Notes: generated from the letters alone by a model not told the origin. A stretch of 63,654 nt of DNA, filler included, from Collodictyon triciliatum (GCA_043381765.1; 6 parts of 6 records of this genome joined end to end with filler, not necessarily neighbours in it); one strand, 5' to 3'. Positions 1-19,271 are shown, counted from the whole stretch's first letter. Translations and numbers: made by a program.

Positions 1-56
<56 letters not shown>

Positions 57-2196
57 AACCTGAAAAATCACCATCTCATGGGCATCACAACTGAATGAAG
101 TGAATCTATCCAATAAATAAAACCAAGCCCACGCTGAGTCCTATGAAAACGACAGTGCGCAAAAACGGAAAAAACTATGCAACGCACTCATTAGATAACT
201 GATTTTATACTTCTGGAAATTATATATGGACTGTAATATTTGCAATTAATTGTGGTTAAGGGATAACTCTGTATATAAAATATATGGATTTGTATGCTTT
301 TATTTGTAATTACGTGTGCAAGTTGTCATGGCCTCGCAAGAGGCGCTTCCCCTATCAGGGCATGGCGAAGTGAGGAGCTCCTCAACTTTTCCCAAATGCG
401 GATATTCAAATATGGATATTATTATATTTAATATATAATTCTACATTTTTTTGTTCTTATAATCAATCAAATATATATTCAAAGTGCTTACAAGGATGTC
501 CAATTTTTATTACACATTATTGCTGGCAGCGAATCGCCGACGACCACACGCCCGAGGAACAACTGAATTCCCTTGATTCATGATGCCGCTCCACTTAAGG
601 ACAAAGTTCCGGAACTCGCTTGTTTCGATTACTTCCAAATGCGTCTATTTAACTATACCAAAATGTACCGGGAAGTTTAAACTTCCTTCGGGAGTTTCTC
701 TCTTTTTTTAATTTGTGGCTGGAAATTGACCGAAAAAAGAAGAAGCAACCCAAATCCTCTTGCTCTTGCCTTTGGGTGTTGCACCTTGAATCCAAAAAAA
801 AAAAATGTGGATTCATTTGAGAATTCCTACAGGCCAGGTTCAGGATTTCATTGTTCATATAGGCATTTCCAAGAGTGGGCTTCTAGAACGACAATATTTA
901 CATTTGTCAATAGCAACGAGAGGAATAAACACTTGTTTGTTTATTTTCCTTCTAGTAAAACAATGATTAAAGTATCGAAAATACATATGTAATATTAGCC
1001 TAGGACCCCAATTCGTTCATTCGGGAAGCCCTTGCCGAGCGCGCCCTCGACTTCGCTCAGGCAATTTTTTCTTCCACTAAGAAAACATCAAATATTTAGA
1101 TTTTTTTATATATAAATTTTTTTCTTCTATTGTATCATCTCCTTTTTTTTTTTATTTGAGGTCATCTTTCTCCTCTTTCGTCCTTCTCATTCTCTCGCCC
1201 ACTCGATTCCATCTTCCTTTATTTTCCATTCCCTTAGGTGAATTCGAATTCGCTGCTGGATTTGGGTGCATTGTCCAGGCTAGAAGATGAATCAAAAGTC
1301 GAATGGATGGGTTGAACTTTTGAATTGGCGGGGCCTTTGTGTGGTATAAAGCAAGAGGAAACAAGCAGGCGCAAGACTTTCGGGTGGAACAGCATGAGAA
1401 TCAGTGCGTGAATTTTCAGTCACTCCAGCTAGAGCGCTCCGAGTTGCTTCGGCCCTGGAGAGATTGACCATTTTATTATTTTATTTTTCTGGTGGGGTTT
1501 GATACAACCCACCGCTTCGTCGTTCTGGCTTACTTGTTTGCTGGCCATTCGCAGACCAAGTTTCTTCTTTATGAAACAGATAACAGCAAATATGAAAGCT
1601 ATTCTGGTATCGAATCATTTACTCTTCCCGAGGGTGTGAGGGTACCCCTCGTGGGAGCCCTTCTCGTCGGTGAGGAAAAATATTTGTGATTGATTATTAT
1701 AATTTTTATATTTTATGTGATGGCAGAGCCAGAAAGAAAAAAAAAGGACATCGAGGGGTTGTTTAAAAGGTGTTAATATCTAAGCGGGATGGTACTAGGG
1801 CTTTGGATAGTTTCCATGCATATTACCTGGCTTTATTTTCATAAAGTGTCTTTTAAGTCAATTCGAAAAATGTTTAGCAAGCCTTTATTTATTTATTATA
1901 TGGATATCCATAGTTTCATCGACGCGCTTCACCAACCCTCACTATACAAGAAGGAAAGGCATCTCCGTTGTGCACTGCATTCTAGATGGGCGACGAAGAT
2001 TCAATCCAAAAGTACCCTGATTACAAGAACACACGACCTCATTCATGAATTTCTTTCAAGATTGCTTATCTTTGATTTTGGATCAGTTACATATATAAGG
2101 GTTTTCTATTTCCCTATATCGCCTTCGGTCTCTGAAATGGGTCTTTATCTGGTAGTTGCGTCTAGTCGGGTCCTTACTCATTCTTGTTTTCTGTAG

Positions 2197-3843
2197 CTTC
2201 CTCCGAAATGAGCTGTCTGATGAGTTTGACTTCGACGACACCCTTTTCCCTGAGCTGCAAGGCTATTGGAAAGATCACATCGATGGTCACTCCGGGTAAT
2301 TGTGTCCTCATTCTCCCTTTTACATATCTGTATCGCACTTGCCCTCAGTAAGTCCAAAAAAAAAAAAAAAAACGGAAAGAAAAACCTGTAAAATAATTCA
2401 TTAAAATCTTCGAGAGGAAGAAAACATCCATCTTTAATGTGTAATAAAGCAACAAGTATGAAAAATTATATGTGTGTTAAATCCCCTTATAATATAATGG
2501 ATGCTGTTAGGATTTGCTGGGGTTTTTGTTTCTCATCCTAATAAAAGAAGGGTGCGGCACACAACGATGGCACCTCCGTTTATCGAAACCCCACGACTAA
2601 TGCCCTCCACTCTCCGAATTTATAGTGCGGTACAAACAAATTCGGTCGAATCCAAGACAAACGGAGCCCCAAAGGAGGCACAAAGGAGCTCCAGTCCGGG
2701 CACCAACGTACAAGAACCTGATGAGCCCAGGTTGAGCCCCACTGCCAGAGGGAGTCTTAAGTTTCATCTGTATGAGGTAACGAGTGTCGGAAAGGATCAA
2801 AGGCTGACTCTGAAAAGCTCTGAAGTCCTCCACCCAGCCGAGGCAACGGAACCCACAGAGCAATCAAAATCAAAGTCGGAAGGTGAAGCCCCTCGACTTC
2901 GTTCCAATGCCAAGGCACTCACAGACCAACGTTACGAAATACGCGGCCAAAAGGATTCGTCATCATCCATTTCTACGTCGTGTGATCAAAGTGATACGCG
3001 AAAGTCGTCCCGACGGAGTAAAAAAACATCAATCAAGTCTTCAAGAAAAAGGCCCTGTGATACTGCAGGCCAGTTTTTTGAGGAAGCAAGCAAATTGGGA
3101 GACAATGAGTCGCCTTGCAGTGAGCCGCTTGAGCAAACAAACAGCACATCAAGCCTGCAGCATTCACAATCACCTTCTAGCGGTACCGAAAGTTCCTACA
3201 GATCCATGAGAGGTTCTGCGCTACCTAATGAGAGCGAGGATAGTATGCCTTTCAAAATAATTACCTTTTATTTTCCAGCAATCGACAGTTTTTCCCTTGA
3301 CTTTGAAAACAGATTTTGGACCACGCTCATTTTACTAGTACATACGCTATGAACAATTAATTTGATTTCCTTTTGGTTTGTATAGACACCCAAGAATCTG
3401 CACAAAAAAGGCCAAGGTCTTTTGGAGTCCAAGCTCAGATAGGTGAGAAGGTAATGGATTTTGGCGTTCCTTTAAAAGTAAAACGCCCGATCAACGCGTT
3501 CATGGCATTTGTTTCGCACATGAGAACTCTGCGAAACCAAGAAGGAGAGGTTTTTGAAAACAAAAATCTGCTACGAGAAATGGCTGTCAAGTGGAGGGAA
3601 TCTGCTCCCGAGTTTAAGGAGGTTTACAAAGACATCGCCTTAAACTTGACCGAGGCACGCGATGTCGAGATGACTCGCGAGAGAAGCAGAATGAAAACAC
3701 AGCCGCCGCTGAGACTCGACAAATTCACCAGCAGCCCCGAATTCCCAAACCTATTTGTCTGGTCACCTCCCACTATACCGCAGCCATCCCCATTCACAAA
3801 CATCGAGATGGGAAGATTGTCACGCCGGCCATCTTCAAAGTGA
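2197..3843 (+). CDS. HMG-box DNA-binding protein (multi-exon; 5' end uncertain, possibly exons from ~1288)
   Basis: The last exon encodes PLKVKRPINAFMAFVSHMR...NKNLLREMAVKWRE...KEVYKDIA, matching the HMG-box pattern (KRPxNAFM, Trp in helix 2, KxxY). A Ser-rich low-complexity exon (2511-~3240) precedes it, with GT-AG introns. Confidence 0.75.
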
Positions 3844-4703
3844 CAATCTGTACTCAAGAAAATCCATATTTTCCTTCATCTTTTTTTTTGAAAAAGTTTT
3901 CAATTAATGAGGCTGGGTATGAGTTACTTTGAATCAACTTTTTTTTTTTAATCCGTTCCTACAATTATTATTACTGTGGCGATTATTTTGTGCATTCTTT
4001 GTTACCACATTTTCCATTATTCATTTAACAGACAACTTATTTCTCGATTTGCTACGGGCTCTTGCTCTCTCCTCCCTCTTTTGCTTTCTTCCAAATCTCT
4101 TCGTATTTCCTTCTGTTATTCCATTTCACAACCCAAAGTGAAGGGCACCCATAAACGACTGCAGTAGATTTCCCTTTCGTTTCGCTTTAGAACACATATA
4201 TTTATTTATTGCCTATTCCCTCTGCTGTCTCAGGATTTCCTGAACACTTAGTTTGTTCGTTTTCAGGTAGGAATGCCTGGATAGGGCGCAGAAATCGCAG
4301 TATGCACAAGGTGTGGTAGATATTGACAAACACACATTTAAAGTCACGGGAATCTTTGTCATTGGACTTAAATCCTTGAGCGTTCGAGCCACACAAGCTT
4401 TTCAATTACCCCAGTACTTTTCCCAGCCCGATGATCGTGAAAGAGGACAAGACAAACAGGCAAGTTTTCGAAAGGGGGGGGGGGGGTTAAAAAAAGGAGT
4501 GAACTCAATTGTATAATTCTTTGCTGCATCTATCGTTCAATTCAATTGTTTTATACACACGACCAAGCTAATTGGACGCAATAGTAGTTCGATATGTCTT
4601 TGAGAAGAGTCAGAAATGCCGTTTTTCCCCCCTATAGGGCCACATCATTTCATAATACACCTCTACATGAAAAAACACGAATAGGAACAAGCTCACCAAC
4701 TAT

Positions 4704-5381
4704 CTACAAAGACTTCAACGGGGGGATAGCACCGAGACTTGTGCTTAATGTACCCAGACTAGCAGCAAGCGAGCCGAGACTATCTGTCAAGTCCCTACTC
4801 AGAGAGTCATTCTGGATTGAGAATTTTCCGTCCCCTTTGGCACGAGTTTTCCTTGGAGGCGTCTTTGAGCCGAGTTTCTTTGGTTTTGCGTCCTGCTAGA
4901 CACAAAAATTAATTTCATCGTCGAAAGACTAAAATATTACGTCTTTCACAAATCTTATAGAAGAGTATGACGATATAAGGAAGAATCAAGAATCATATTG
5001 AAAAAAAAAGTCAATGAAAGAATACTCAATGAGTAAACCAAGCAATAATTGTCAAAAGAAAGTCTGCTGGGGTATGGATGTCCCAATACATACTAATCCC
5101 GTGGGCGATGCGTGGAATACCTTAGCTGTCGGAGAACCAGGTCTTGCAGGTTCGCTTGATTGAGGAGTATTCGTTCTTGGTGGGAGTCGCTTCTGTGCGT
5201 CGAATCTGAGTATACATGATTACGATTTACACATATTAATCCGGATTTTTGTGAAGTAATATAAAAAATTATAATGATATGACCATGTGGGTGAGTACTT
5301 TGTTGCCGAACCTCCTTCATTTTTGTCGAAGATTACATCTCCCCCCTGAATATTAAACTGTTTCAAATTTGATGCTCTACT

Positions 5382-5478
<97 letters not shown>

Positions 5479-8400
5479 GTGGGCCTCATCATATGGTGTG
5501 AGTTCAAGGGTGGGAAAGATACACGTTTTTTTTAAAAGCGCTACAAATATAGCAATATTTGCTTGGATGGATATCCAATACTAACAGGTGCTGCTTTGCT
5601 CGAGATATCCAATCTGTTTCTATGTATTAATACATACTAATCAAAAATTAATTTCGAATTATATGATAGTTTTGTATCAAAACATATAAATATTGTAGAT
5701 GAATGTATATATCTACGCTCTGCCATCGTCCATCGCGCTGGTGGTGCCTTGAGCTGAATGAAAAACTATATCCGATGCAAGTCAGAGTATACAATAAATA
5801 ATCTTGATGAAATTGAAGTCAATAAGTTTACCATCCACTGAGAAGCTCGCTAATTTAAGCATGTTTTTACAAGCTGCCAAGGTTTCTTTTTCCTATTTTC
5901 ATATTACATTTTAAGTAGCTTTCAGAGTAAAAATTTAAGATAGATATATAGCTTCCTCTAGATGAATAAGACTACAAAGACTAATATTAAAAATAATGAT
6001 AATGATAATAAAATAATAAAAACTAAATTAAATGGAGTAATTGTTTATTTAGCTTACTTCTTGAATTAAGTTTTTCAATCTCATCACTTCTAAGTCATGA
6101 TGAAGCCTTGCCTTTTCTTCATCTTTTAGAATACCTTTCAACTTTTTCTCTAGGGCCACAACATGTTCTCCTTCTCTAGGGTGTTAGAAGGAGTCAACAA
6201 GCATGAGTACGAATCCTTACACTATTATTGTTGAACTTAATACGTGATTATTATTATTATTAGGTCTACCCAATTGAATAACTCTTACTTTTGGGACCTG
6301 TTTAATGCGGATCGATATTTTAAGTCCTTATCTGCTCTTATACGTGAGATATACATCATTCTTTCCTGGAGACCATTTTCAGCATGCATTGTTTCCTGTA
6401 AAGATGCCTTGGAGAAGGAGAAGAAAAATGAATTAAACCTTCGGGGGACGAACATTCTGCTGATTTTATTAAGATCTACTTTATGTTTTTTCTTATCATT
6501 CCATCTTAACTTTTAAAGTTACTGAATCTCATATATATTACATTAAGCTCTTGGTTCCTTTGAGACTTTCGTTTCTGAATGGCTGCTTCAAACTCTCTTA
6601 TTCGTTTGTCCATTACCTCAGCGTCAGTACGGGTCTTCATTTTATCATTTTTATTTTTCAAAATTAAATAATTGCTTTTAAGAACATTCAATCGTCTAGG
6701 ACGAGATAAAAATTGGCTATTTTATTAGGAGTCAAATCACAATAATATAGTTATCAGGGCGAAGTATGTAAATATATGTGAAAAGTCGATATTCCGATTC
6801 GACTTACTCTGTTATGCGAGGAGATGTGATCCTGCAGCTGGTCCTGTACAACAGCAAGTCTTTCTTCCTCAGATTTCAAGCTGGATATTTCTGTTACGTA
6901 GCGAGTAACTTGTGTTTTCCTGAACTTCCTTTGATTTGCTTTAATACATTCAAGAACAATACCATATGACTTGTAATTCATTTCGTTGAAGTTGATATCC
7001 AGATCTGCATACACGGACTAATTACTAAATCACTCTTTTTTTTTTTTTTTTGATTTTCCTTGCTTTTTAATGGGCAGCTTGTTCAAAAATGCCAAAATTT
7101 CAATATAATAATAAAATAATAAAATAATAACAGACAAAAGGGAGAAAAACTAAAAATCATAAAAAAATTATTTAATTATCCGGCCATACAGAGAAGTGTA
7201 GTATTTTTCTTGAAGCTTTCGACCAGTGCATTTCCCGAAGCATCTTTAAGTTGATTATACTTAAGGTTAAGGTTTTGCAGAGTCGAGTTGCTCCCAAGAG
7301 CCGTGCATAGTTCTGCTCCCCCAATATCACCTATCAGTAAACAAAATTTTCAGAGATTTTGACTAGTCAATAGCAAAAGTATACTCAATTGCGTTTTGAA
7401 TGGTCATGGTGAGACGTAGCTTTGTAGGTAGTAAATAAAATAAAACAAAAATTGAAAGCAATTGTACCTATTTTATTGTAAGATAGATCCAAGTGTCTCA
7501 ATGTAGAGTTCAAAGCCAAGGCAGGTCCGATTGCTTTACACCCATTGTCTCCAAGAATATTTCCACTAAGATCCAGGTGTGTCAATGAACCATTCTTCCT
7601 TAGGCTCTCAGCGAGTTCAGTCCCAATCTTGGAATCCAATTCATTGTGCGCCAGAGATAGAGATTTGATCGGTATAAATTGTTCTCTCAAGGCGGACATT
7701 AAATAACGACAGCCAGCTGAAGTTAGACTAGTATAATTTTGAAAGAATTTATCACCACATTTTTATTTGACTTCTTCAGTTTGGAATAATAGAATGAAAG
7801 GAGTATTAAATCGTGCATTTAAATAAAACTTGACTAAAAAAAAATAATATATTAAGCAGGAACATGATACGAAATTTCTTTGTGGATCTTAATTCCAAAT
7901 TCATTCGCGCATTTTCCTTACTTCTTTTTTTTTTTTGACAGAATGGATACCTATTATGCTCCAAATTCAATACTTGAATGAAATTCATTGAACGTAGGGC
8001 ATCTCCCAATGCCAAACCACCAGCCTTACTAATATTGTTGTATCCCAGATTCAGCTCCTGTGCAGTAGCTAATCGTTAAATAAAAGCAAGCATAACTTAC
8101 CATCGCCATCGGTCCATAATTAAATAATAAAAAAAAAAACCTTGACTCTACATCCATTCTTAATGATTTTTTGCAAGCAAGTAGCACCAACGTCGCCAAT
8201 GTTATTTCGAGACATGTTAATTGACTCTATATTTGATCTGAGGATAGAGCTACATATATGTTCACATCCTTTTGACTCTAATGTAAGAACCCAAGTAAGC
8301 GAGAGGTTATCTGGTGGTTAAATATAAGCGAGGCGTAGTAGCAACACTGTGTGCTCTTCATATAAGAATTAAAAAAAAATATTATCACAATAAGGTATAT

Positions 8401-8649
8401 CAGGTTACTCTGAATCGAATAACCGGGGGGGGGGGGGGGGGGGGGGTAAATTAGGTTTAAAAAAAGAAAAAATTTAAATAAGAATTTTTTGTTTAATTTA
8501 AAANNNNNNNNNNNNNNNNNNNNNNNNNNNNNNNNNNNNNNNNNNNNNNNNNNNNNNNNNNNNNNNNNNNNNNNNNNNNNNNNNNNNNNNNNNNNNNNNN
8601 NNNAAAAAAAAAAAAATAAAAAAAAAAAGGGGGGGGTGGGGGGGGGGGT

Positions 8650-8685
<36 letters not shown>

Positions 8686-11003
8686 GCTATATGAGGTTAC
8701 AATCATGTAAACTTTAATAGAGTACTCTTCGTACTAATTAGATAATACCTATATTATTACTCCCAATATCCAAGTATAAAAGCGATATATTTTGAATTAG
8801 ACCATTGGCCAATGATTCGGCCCCATCCACTCCTATTCCATTTCCGTTAATTGAAATGCTTGTAATAACCTAGTCAAGCATCCGCATGAGTAACTTAAGA
8901 CCAAGATAATGAATATTACTGACGTTTTTGAGTTGTTAATAATATATAAATGATTACCTGATTATTTACAATCGCATCAGATAATGAATTAGCTCCTTTA
9001 GTGCCGATATGATTTCTGTTCACCCCGGCAACGCAACTAAAGCGGTTTGCGAATGCATATGAATGATTCATGTAGCATTCAAAATAAGTTGTGGAGATAA
9101 CTAGTGTGTAATACCTAAGGTCGAGATACGTCAAAGACCTATTATGTTTCAGTCCCTCTCCAAGAGCAGCCCCACCTGTTGTATAAGTTTCTCAGAATTC
9201 AATAAGCTTCTGGCGAGATGTGGCATCATCGTTATTTTCTTTCAGAAATATCTTCAAAATGGGATTGGTTGAAATTGAGTCACGGCTCACTCTTCTCACA
9301 AATACCTTGCCCTCCGATGTCATTACTTCGCAAATCTAGGACAGTTAAAGACCGATTTGTTGTCAACATTTGAGATAATGCTTTTGCACCGTTATCTGAT
9401 ATGTGATTTCCGCTCCTAGGATTATGTTTTCATTTTAAAAAAATTCATCATTTTCCCAAATAATGCGAAAAAAAATCAATAAATAATGCTATGTACAAAT
9501 CAAGGACGTCAAAATATTCATCCGAGGAGAGTAAATCCTTTAGTACTATTCCCACAGAAGGACCTGAAAGATGATATTTTACATGATAGAATGAGTTGAT
9601 TATATAAAACCATTTCGAGGGGATCTATTGGAGCCGCCTTTACCTAAAGCTGACTCCTTGAGTTCCAACTTGGTCCCACAAGCAGAGCGAGATAAAATAT
9701 CTTGGAAACGCATTTCTCGCTCCAAATTAGAGTTCAAATATACGTCCTATTAAGACAGTATTGGGATTTTACATCAAATATTTCTTGATAGTGTTTCATT
9801 AGTATAATGTTTTGGATATTTTTGGAGTGATATCAACACAATGGTGTTTTGTAGACAAAGCTTCGTTGCCAACCTTTAATTTGGCATCGTGTATAAGAAG
9901 GGCCCATTGTCGGAGAACATGACGAACTTCTTCCTATGTCGGTGATAAATGAATAACCATAGGCTCCACAGAAATTATTATTATTATTATATTTATTATG
10001 TCTATCAACATAGAGCCAGGTATAGTGAATGAGGGAACACTTGATTATTATTTTTTGTTATTTGATATGGATAGAGTCAATAACACGATTGGTTTATTTT
10101 CATTTTGCATTTGCAAATGTTGGGGTCTATATTTTCCTTAGGTTTGTTTTACTTCTGAGCTGCTCCATGAAAGTTTTGGAATTTTTGACGTGCTTGAGTC
10201 ATTCATTGTGTAGTCAGGCTCTAAGGAGAGCTAAGTGATATTTAATTAATGTATTTATTTCGGTTATGGAGATAAAGAGATGAATCAACTATTCATTATG
10301 AAAATTGAGATGTTAGATATAACTTAATTTGTCTCCCAGCTAGAGTTATACCACAGATACATAATAGGACATCTAAACTATAATAGTATTTGAAATATAG
10401 GGCCTTGTCACCTTGGGGAAAAATGGCGAATTGGGTCTGGATTGATATGATGGCGTTACTGGCCGTGAAGAAAACCCTGTGGATGCTGAATTGGTTCTCT
10501 TCAGTTCGGGCCATGCCTATTGTAATTTTTCAGATTTATTCGTGTGTGATGTGCTTCATGCAAGTAAATTGACCGTTGTATTGGAGACTTGGTCCTTGAA
10601 GAGTAAGCTCACGAGAAATATTCATTGGGTGCACGGGGTGAATAAGAAAAGTGCTGCCTCATTTTGAAGTGCACTGAGTTTGGTTGTGCCGGAAAAAAAG
10701 AAAGAAAGAAAAAACCTGGGATGTAGTCGAGCGAGCAGAAGGGATACGACGATAGGCCGACGAGGTTGGGCGTGACAGCGACATTAGGGCGGAAGCCTAT
10801 GATGATTTCTATAGTCTCTTCCTTTAAAAAGCCTAGAAAATGTTTGTTACTTTCCTTAGTCCTGTATTTGCTGGCTTGTTTTAGTTGCTTGTTTTTTCCT
10901 TGCACACCAGAAGTTGTGTTGGTAAGGCTTCTGGTTGGGGTTGGTCAATGTGACGCTGGTTTTTTGCTTCATTTCCAGTGGGGGGAGTTTTTTCGACAAT
11001 CAT
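4704..11003 (-). CDS. Ribonuclease-inhibitor-like (NLRC3-like) leucine-rich repeat protein with coiled-coil C-terminal region
   Basis: Many exons carry 28-aa LRR units (SLTHLDLSGNILGDNGCKAIGPALALNSTLRHLDLSYNKIG; TLQNLNLKYNQLKDASGNALVESFKKNTTL). The putative ATG at 11003 (MIVEKTPP) and stop at 4704 come from manual exon chaining, so the outer boundaries are tentative. Confidence 0.75.
5384..5477. repeat. (AAT)n microsatellite in intron
   Basis: Perfect AAT tandem array seen directly. Confidence 0.95.
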
Positions 11004-11102
11004 GGTTCTCAATATAATGAAAATGAACCTAGGCTATCAGCAGGCAAGCAAAAAAAAAAAAAAAAAAAAGGAAAAAACCCAACTTCTTGTGAAAAAAAAA
11101 AA

Positions 11103-11202
11103 NNNNNNNNNNNNNNNNNNNNNNNNNNNNNNNNNNNNNNNNNNNNTTAATTAATTAANNNNNNNNNNNNNNNNNNNNNNNNNNNNNNNNNNNNNNNNNN
11201 NN
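11103..11202. other. Artificial scaffold linker N44-TTAATTAATTAA-N44
   Basis: The identical 100-nt pattern with six-frame stops occurs five times in the window. Confidence 0.95.
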
Positions 11203-11433
11203 TTTTTTTTTTTTTTTCCCCTTTTTTTTTTTTTTTTTTTAGAAAAAAACCTAGGTTAGTCATTCACAATTACGCGCAGTATTTTCTGCTGACTTACGCT
11301 CTCTTTTCTTCTTCTTGTTAGATAAATAAATAACTAACAATAATGACAACAATGGCAAAAAAAATAAAATAAAATAAAAAAATAAGAGTTTATTTGCAGA
11401 CCCAAAGCAGAGAGCAACGCAACTGCCCCGAAG

Positions 11434-16419
<4,986 letters not shown>

Positions 16420-16972
16420 ATTGTTCATTTCAAAAGAAAAGAAACACATGATAAAAAAAGAGTTGTCATCGCTTTTACTGAGTAGCGGTGTGTACCCAGT
16501 CGCAGGGCAAGCAACAAAGACAAAGAGCAGAGCCAACATGATATGAGTGATACGCTGAATGCATGCGCTGAACGAACATGCAGATCTATTTCCTTTTCGG
16601 GTTTGCATTTAGTTTCGGCGAAATCGTGGTTCGCCAGGCCTTGGCGACTATTCTCCACGCCTTCTGCTTCGGCGAAAAATCCGCCACCAAAAGTAAATAA
16701 ACAAATAACAATAATAACAAAAAAAGAACTGGGACAGAAAAAAGGAGAGAAAGGTGGATGACTAAAGGCTCGCACGCTGCAGCGAATATGGGGATAAATC
16801 GAAGTGGGTTCTGCGTTTTTGATGGAGCCTTTGTTGGGAGAACTATTTTTTTTTCCTATATCAAACTCATTTTTCTTCTTCTTTCCTTTCTCTTCATTTA
16901 TCGTTTCCGCCGCATGCTTCATTGGCATTGAATTTATTTTAAAAGAATATAACAAAAATAGACAGCACGCAA

Positions 16973-17058
16973 ATGGACATTCAGAACGAAGAGAACGAAC
17001 ATGTCTTAATTCAAGCGTGGATTGAATCATTAGAGTCAGCACAGAAGCTTTCGCAGGA
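16973..17058 (+). CDS. Possible first exon of a gene truncated at the scaffold end
   Basis: MDIQNEENEHVLIQAWIESLESAQKLSQD is followed by a GTGAGC donor-like site, then an (AAAACA)n repeat and a linker. Confidence 0.3.
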
Positions 17059-17198
17059 TGTGAGCAGATTAATTTTCGCATATAAGCCATACCAAACTCT
17101 TGTGAAAAAACAAAAACAAAAACAAAAACAAAAACAAAAACAAAAACAAAAACAAAAACAAAAACAAAAACAAAAACAAAAACAAAAACAAAAACAAA

Positions 17199-17298
17199 NN
17201 NNNNNNNNNNNNNNNNNNNNNNNNNNNNNNNNNNNNNNNNNNTTAATTAATTAANNNNNNNNNNNNNNNNNNNNNNNNNNNNNNNNNNNNNNNNNNNN
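17199..17298. other. Artificial scaffold linker
   Basis: N44-TTAATTAATTAA-N44. Confidence 0.95.
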
Positions 17299-18362
17299 TT
17301 TTCTTTTTTCTTTTTTTTTTTTTTTTTGCCACCGCATCACGAACGATGGCAATCGACTCTTTTATAAGTAACGAAAATCAGAAAATATGGTGCGGTCGGT
17401 CTGCAGCGATATGTGCAGCTCACAGACCTTCACTTCCGCCACCAGCGATGATTGGATATTCTTGTGCAAGTCTCTTGCGTTTCTAGATTCTGTTTCAGGG
17501 ATTAAGTTTCTGCCTCGCTGACAGAATCTCGCGTCATGTGTGCGTGTGTGTTGGATGTCTTTCTTTGTATGCGAGCAAAAGTGCACACAGCATTTACGGG
17601 TGAAGGTGAGATCATCAATGAAGGAAATAAAGGGACGGCCTCACCCCAGTCGCGTTGGCAGTTGCTCCATTATTCTCGGTGCATTAAGAACCAACACTTT
17701 TATCTACGGATTCTGCCGAGAGGCTTGAGCCAGCCAGGGCATCCGCTGTTTGGATCGTTCTTGCAAACGCTTTGCGATTGTCTTCTCTTCCTTCAAGTTT
17801 TTGTTGCTTTTTTTTTCCTTGCTGTTATTGACCTTCGCATCTCACTGAGACTAAGACGACCCGATCAGCCCGAGGTTTTCGCTGGGTTATATTGCGCATA
17901 TTCCGCCCTAGTCTGAACCCTACTCGTCTTCCTTTCCCTCTCGTGGCGCCGCGTACTCTGTTTGGCTGGCCAGCAGATTCGTCCACGGCTCTGGTGGGGG
18001 CTGAGCGAGAATCTACAAGCTAACTCATTATTGAAAGGCACAAAAAGGTAGCCGGAAGCTTCCCCTCAGTCCTTCTAAAGCAGGAAAGAGACGTGCACAG
18101 ACCGTATTTGCAGACCAGGCACGTTGTGCTGCTAGATTCCGGGCGTGTTGGGAGGAGGCCCACGAGCACAACCGAGATAAATACATGTCCGCCTAAGCGG
18201 TTTTCACACAGTGCAGCAGAGTCGAGAGATGTAGAAAATATTGAAGGGCTTTAATATCGATCCTTTTCATGTTATTTCGTGACAAAGTATTCTCATATGA
18301 GCATCCCAACGTGTCCTTTGAGAGGTATTATGACGGGCACATGCTGATCAAGGGTGAGAGTT

Positions 18363-19271
18363 TTAGTAATTAGAATCGTTGTTGTTGAAGCGGCGTGGGC
18401 GGTTGTATCCTCCGCTGGGACGGGGGCCACGGCTGTAGTTTCCAGAGGGTTCACCGCCAGCCTGGTTGCGGCGGGGAGTGGCAGAGTCGACGCGGAGGCT
18501 GCGGCCGTCGAGGATCTGTTTGGTCCAGGAGAGAGTAAGTTTGTGGGGATTAAGAGAAAGACAAGAAAGCCGCCGCATGAGACTTTGGCGATTGTGGAGG
18601 CAACAATTTCGTTTGTGTTTTTTCGGCTGCTGGCTGGGATAAGTGCAAGCAAAGCCATACGTAGTTGTTCATCTCGCCCTTGGCAGCATCGGCCTGCTCG
18701 GCGTTGGCGAATGTGACGAAGCCAAAGCCACGGGAGCGGCCGGAGGCTGGGTCAGTCACGACGCGGGCTGTGGAAAGGTTTTAAAGTGTTGATCAATAAG
18801 CCGTCCACTATGAGAAAGAGTCCAAGTAGAGGAACAGAGGGTTCCTTTAAGGTGGTGTGAGGCTACGCAGTGACTAGTAGAGTTGTCGGCATCATAGGGG
18901 AGAGGCACGAGACTTACCTTCGGAGACTTCACCGAACTTTGTGAAGATGGAGCGGAGCTGCTCGTTGGAGACGGCCCATGGGAGGCCACCGACAAAGAGA
19001 CGGCTGTCGTCGTTGAGAGCGATGTTGCTTCTGCAGGAGTGAGGAAGGGTTTAGCGTAAGTTCGGTGGAGGTTGCCCAAAGAGTTTATTGGGCGGAGTTG
19101 TGAGTCTGACGGGAAGGAATAAACAAGGTGGGTTGAGGAGGGAGAGTGCGAGAATAGTGCGGGTGCAGCTTACGTGTGGAGGGCAGAGACACGGACAGCC
19201 GGGAAGGCGGCGGAGACGGCAGTGCGTTGGCTGAGGGCGAAGACGGAGGCGAGGGCGCGGGTGAGGGACAT
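18363..19271 (-). CDS. Single-RRM RNA-binding protein (GR-RBP/CIRBP-like) with predicted mitochondrial presequence, 4 exons
   Basis: Spliced product: MSLTRALASVFALSQRTAVSAAFPAVRVSALHTSNIALNDDSRLFVGGLPWAVSNEQLRSIFTKFGEVSEARVVTDPASGRSRGFGFVTFANAEQADAAKGEMNNYILDGRSLRVDSATPRR...NY*. RNP2 is LFVGGL and RNP1 is RGFGFVTF; introns are GT-AG. Confidence 0.9.

Noticed and set aside
320-390. Structured GC-rich patch (GCCTC-GCAA-GAGGC hairpin, GGCATGGCGAA) resembling the HDV ribozyme P4-J4/2
   Set aside because: No P1/P2/P3-L3 pseudoknot partners lie upstream. The patch also reads as an open - strand exon ending at a GTAATT donor, so the pairing is probably coincidental.
11147-11158. Recurrent TTAATTAATTAA motif as a biological element
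   Set aside because: It is always centred in 44+44 Ns, so it is an assembly concatenation spacer.
18770-18917. Intronic C/D snoRNA in the RRM gene (ATGATG near the intron 5' end)
   Set aside because: Box C is incomplete (ATGATGC), and there is no well-placed CTGA box D or terminal stem.
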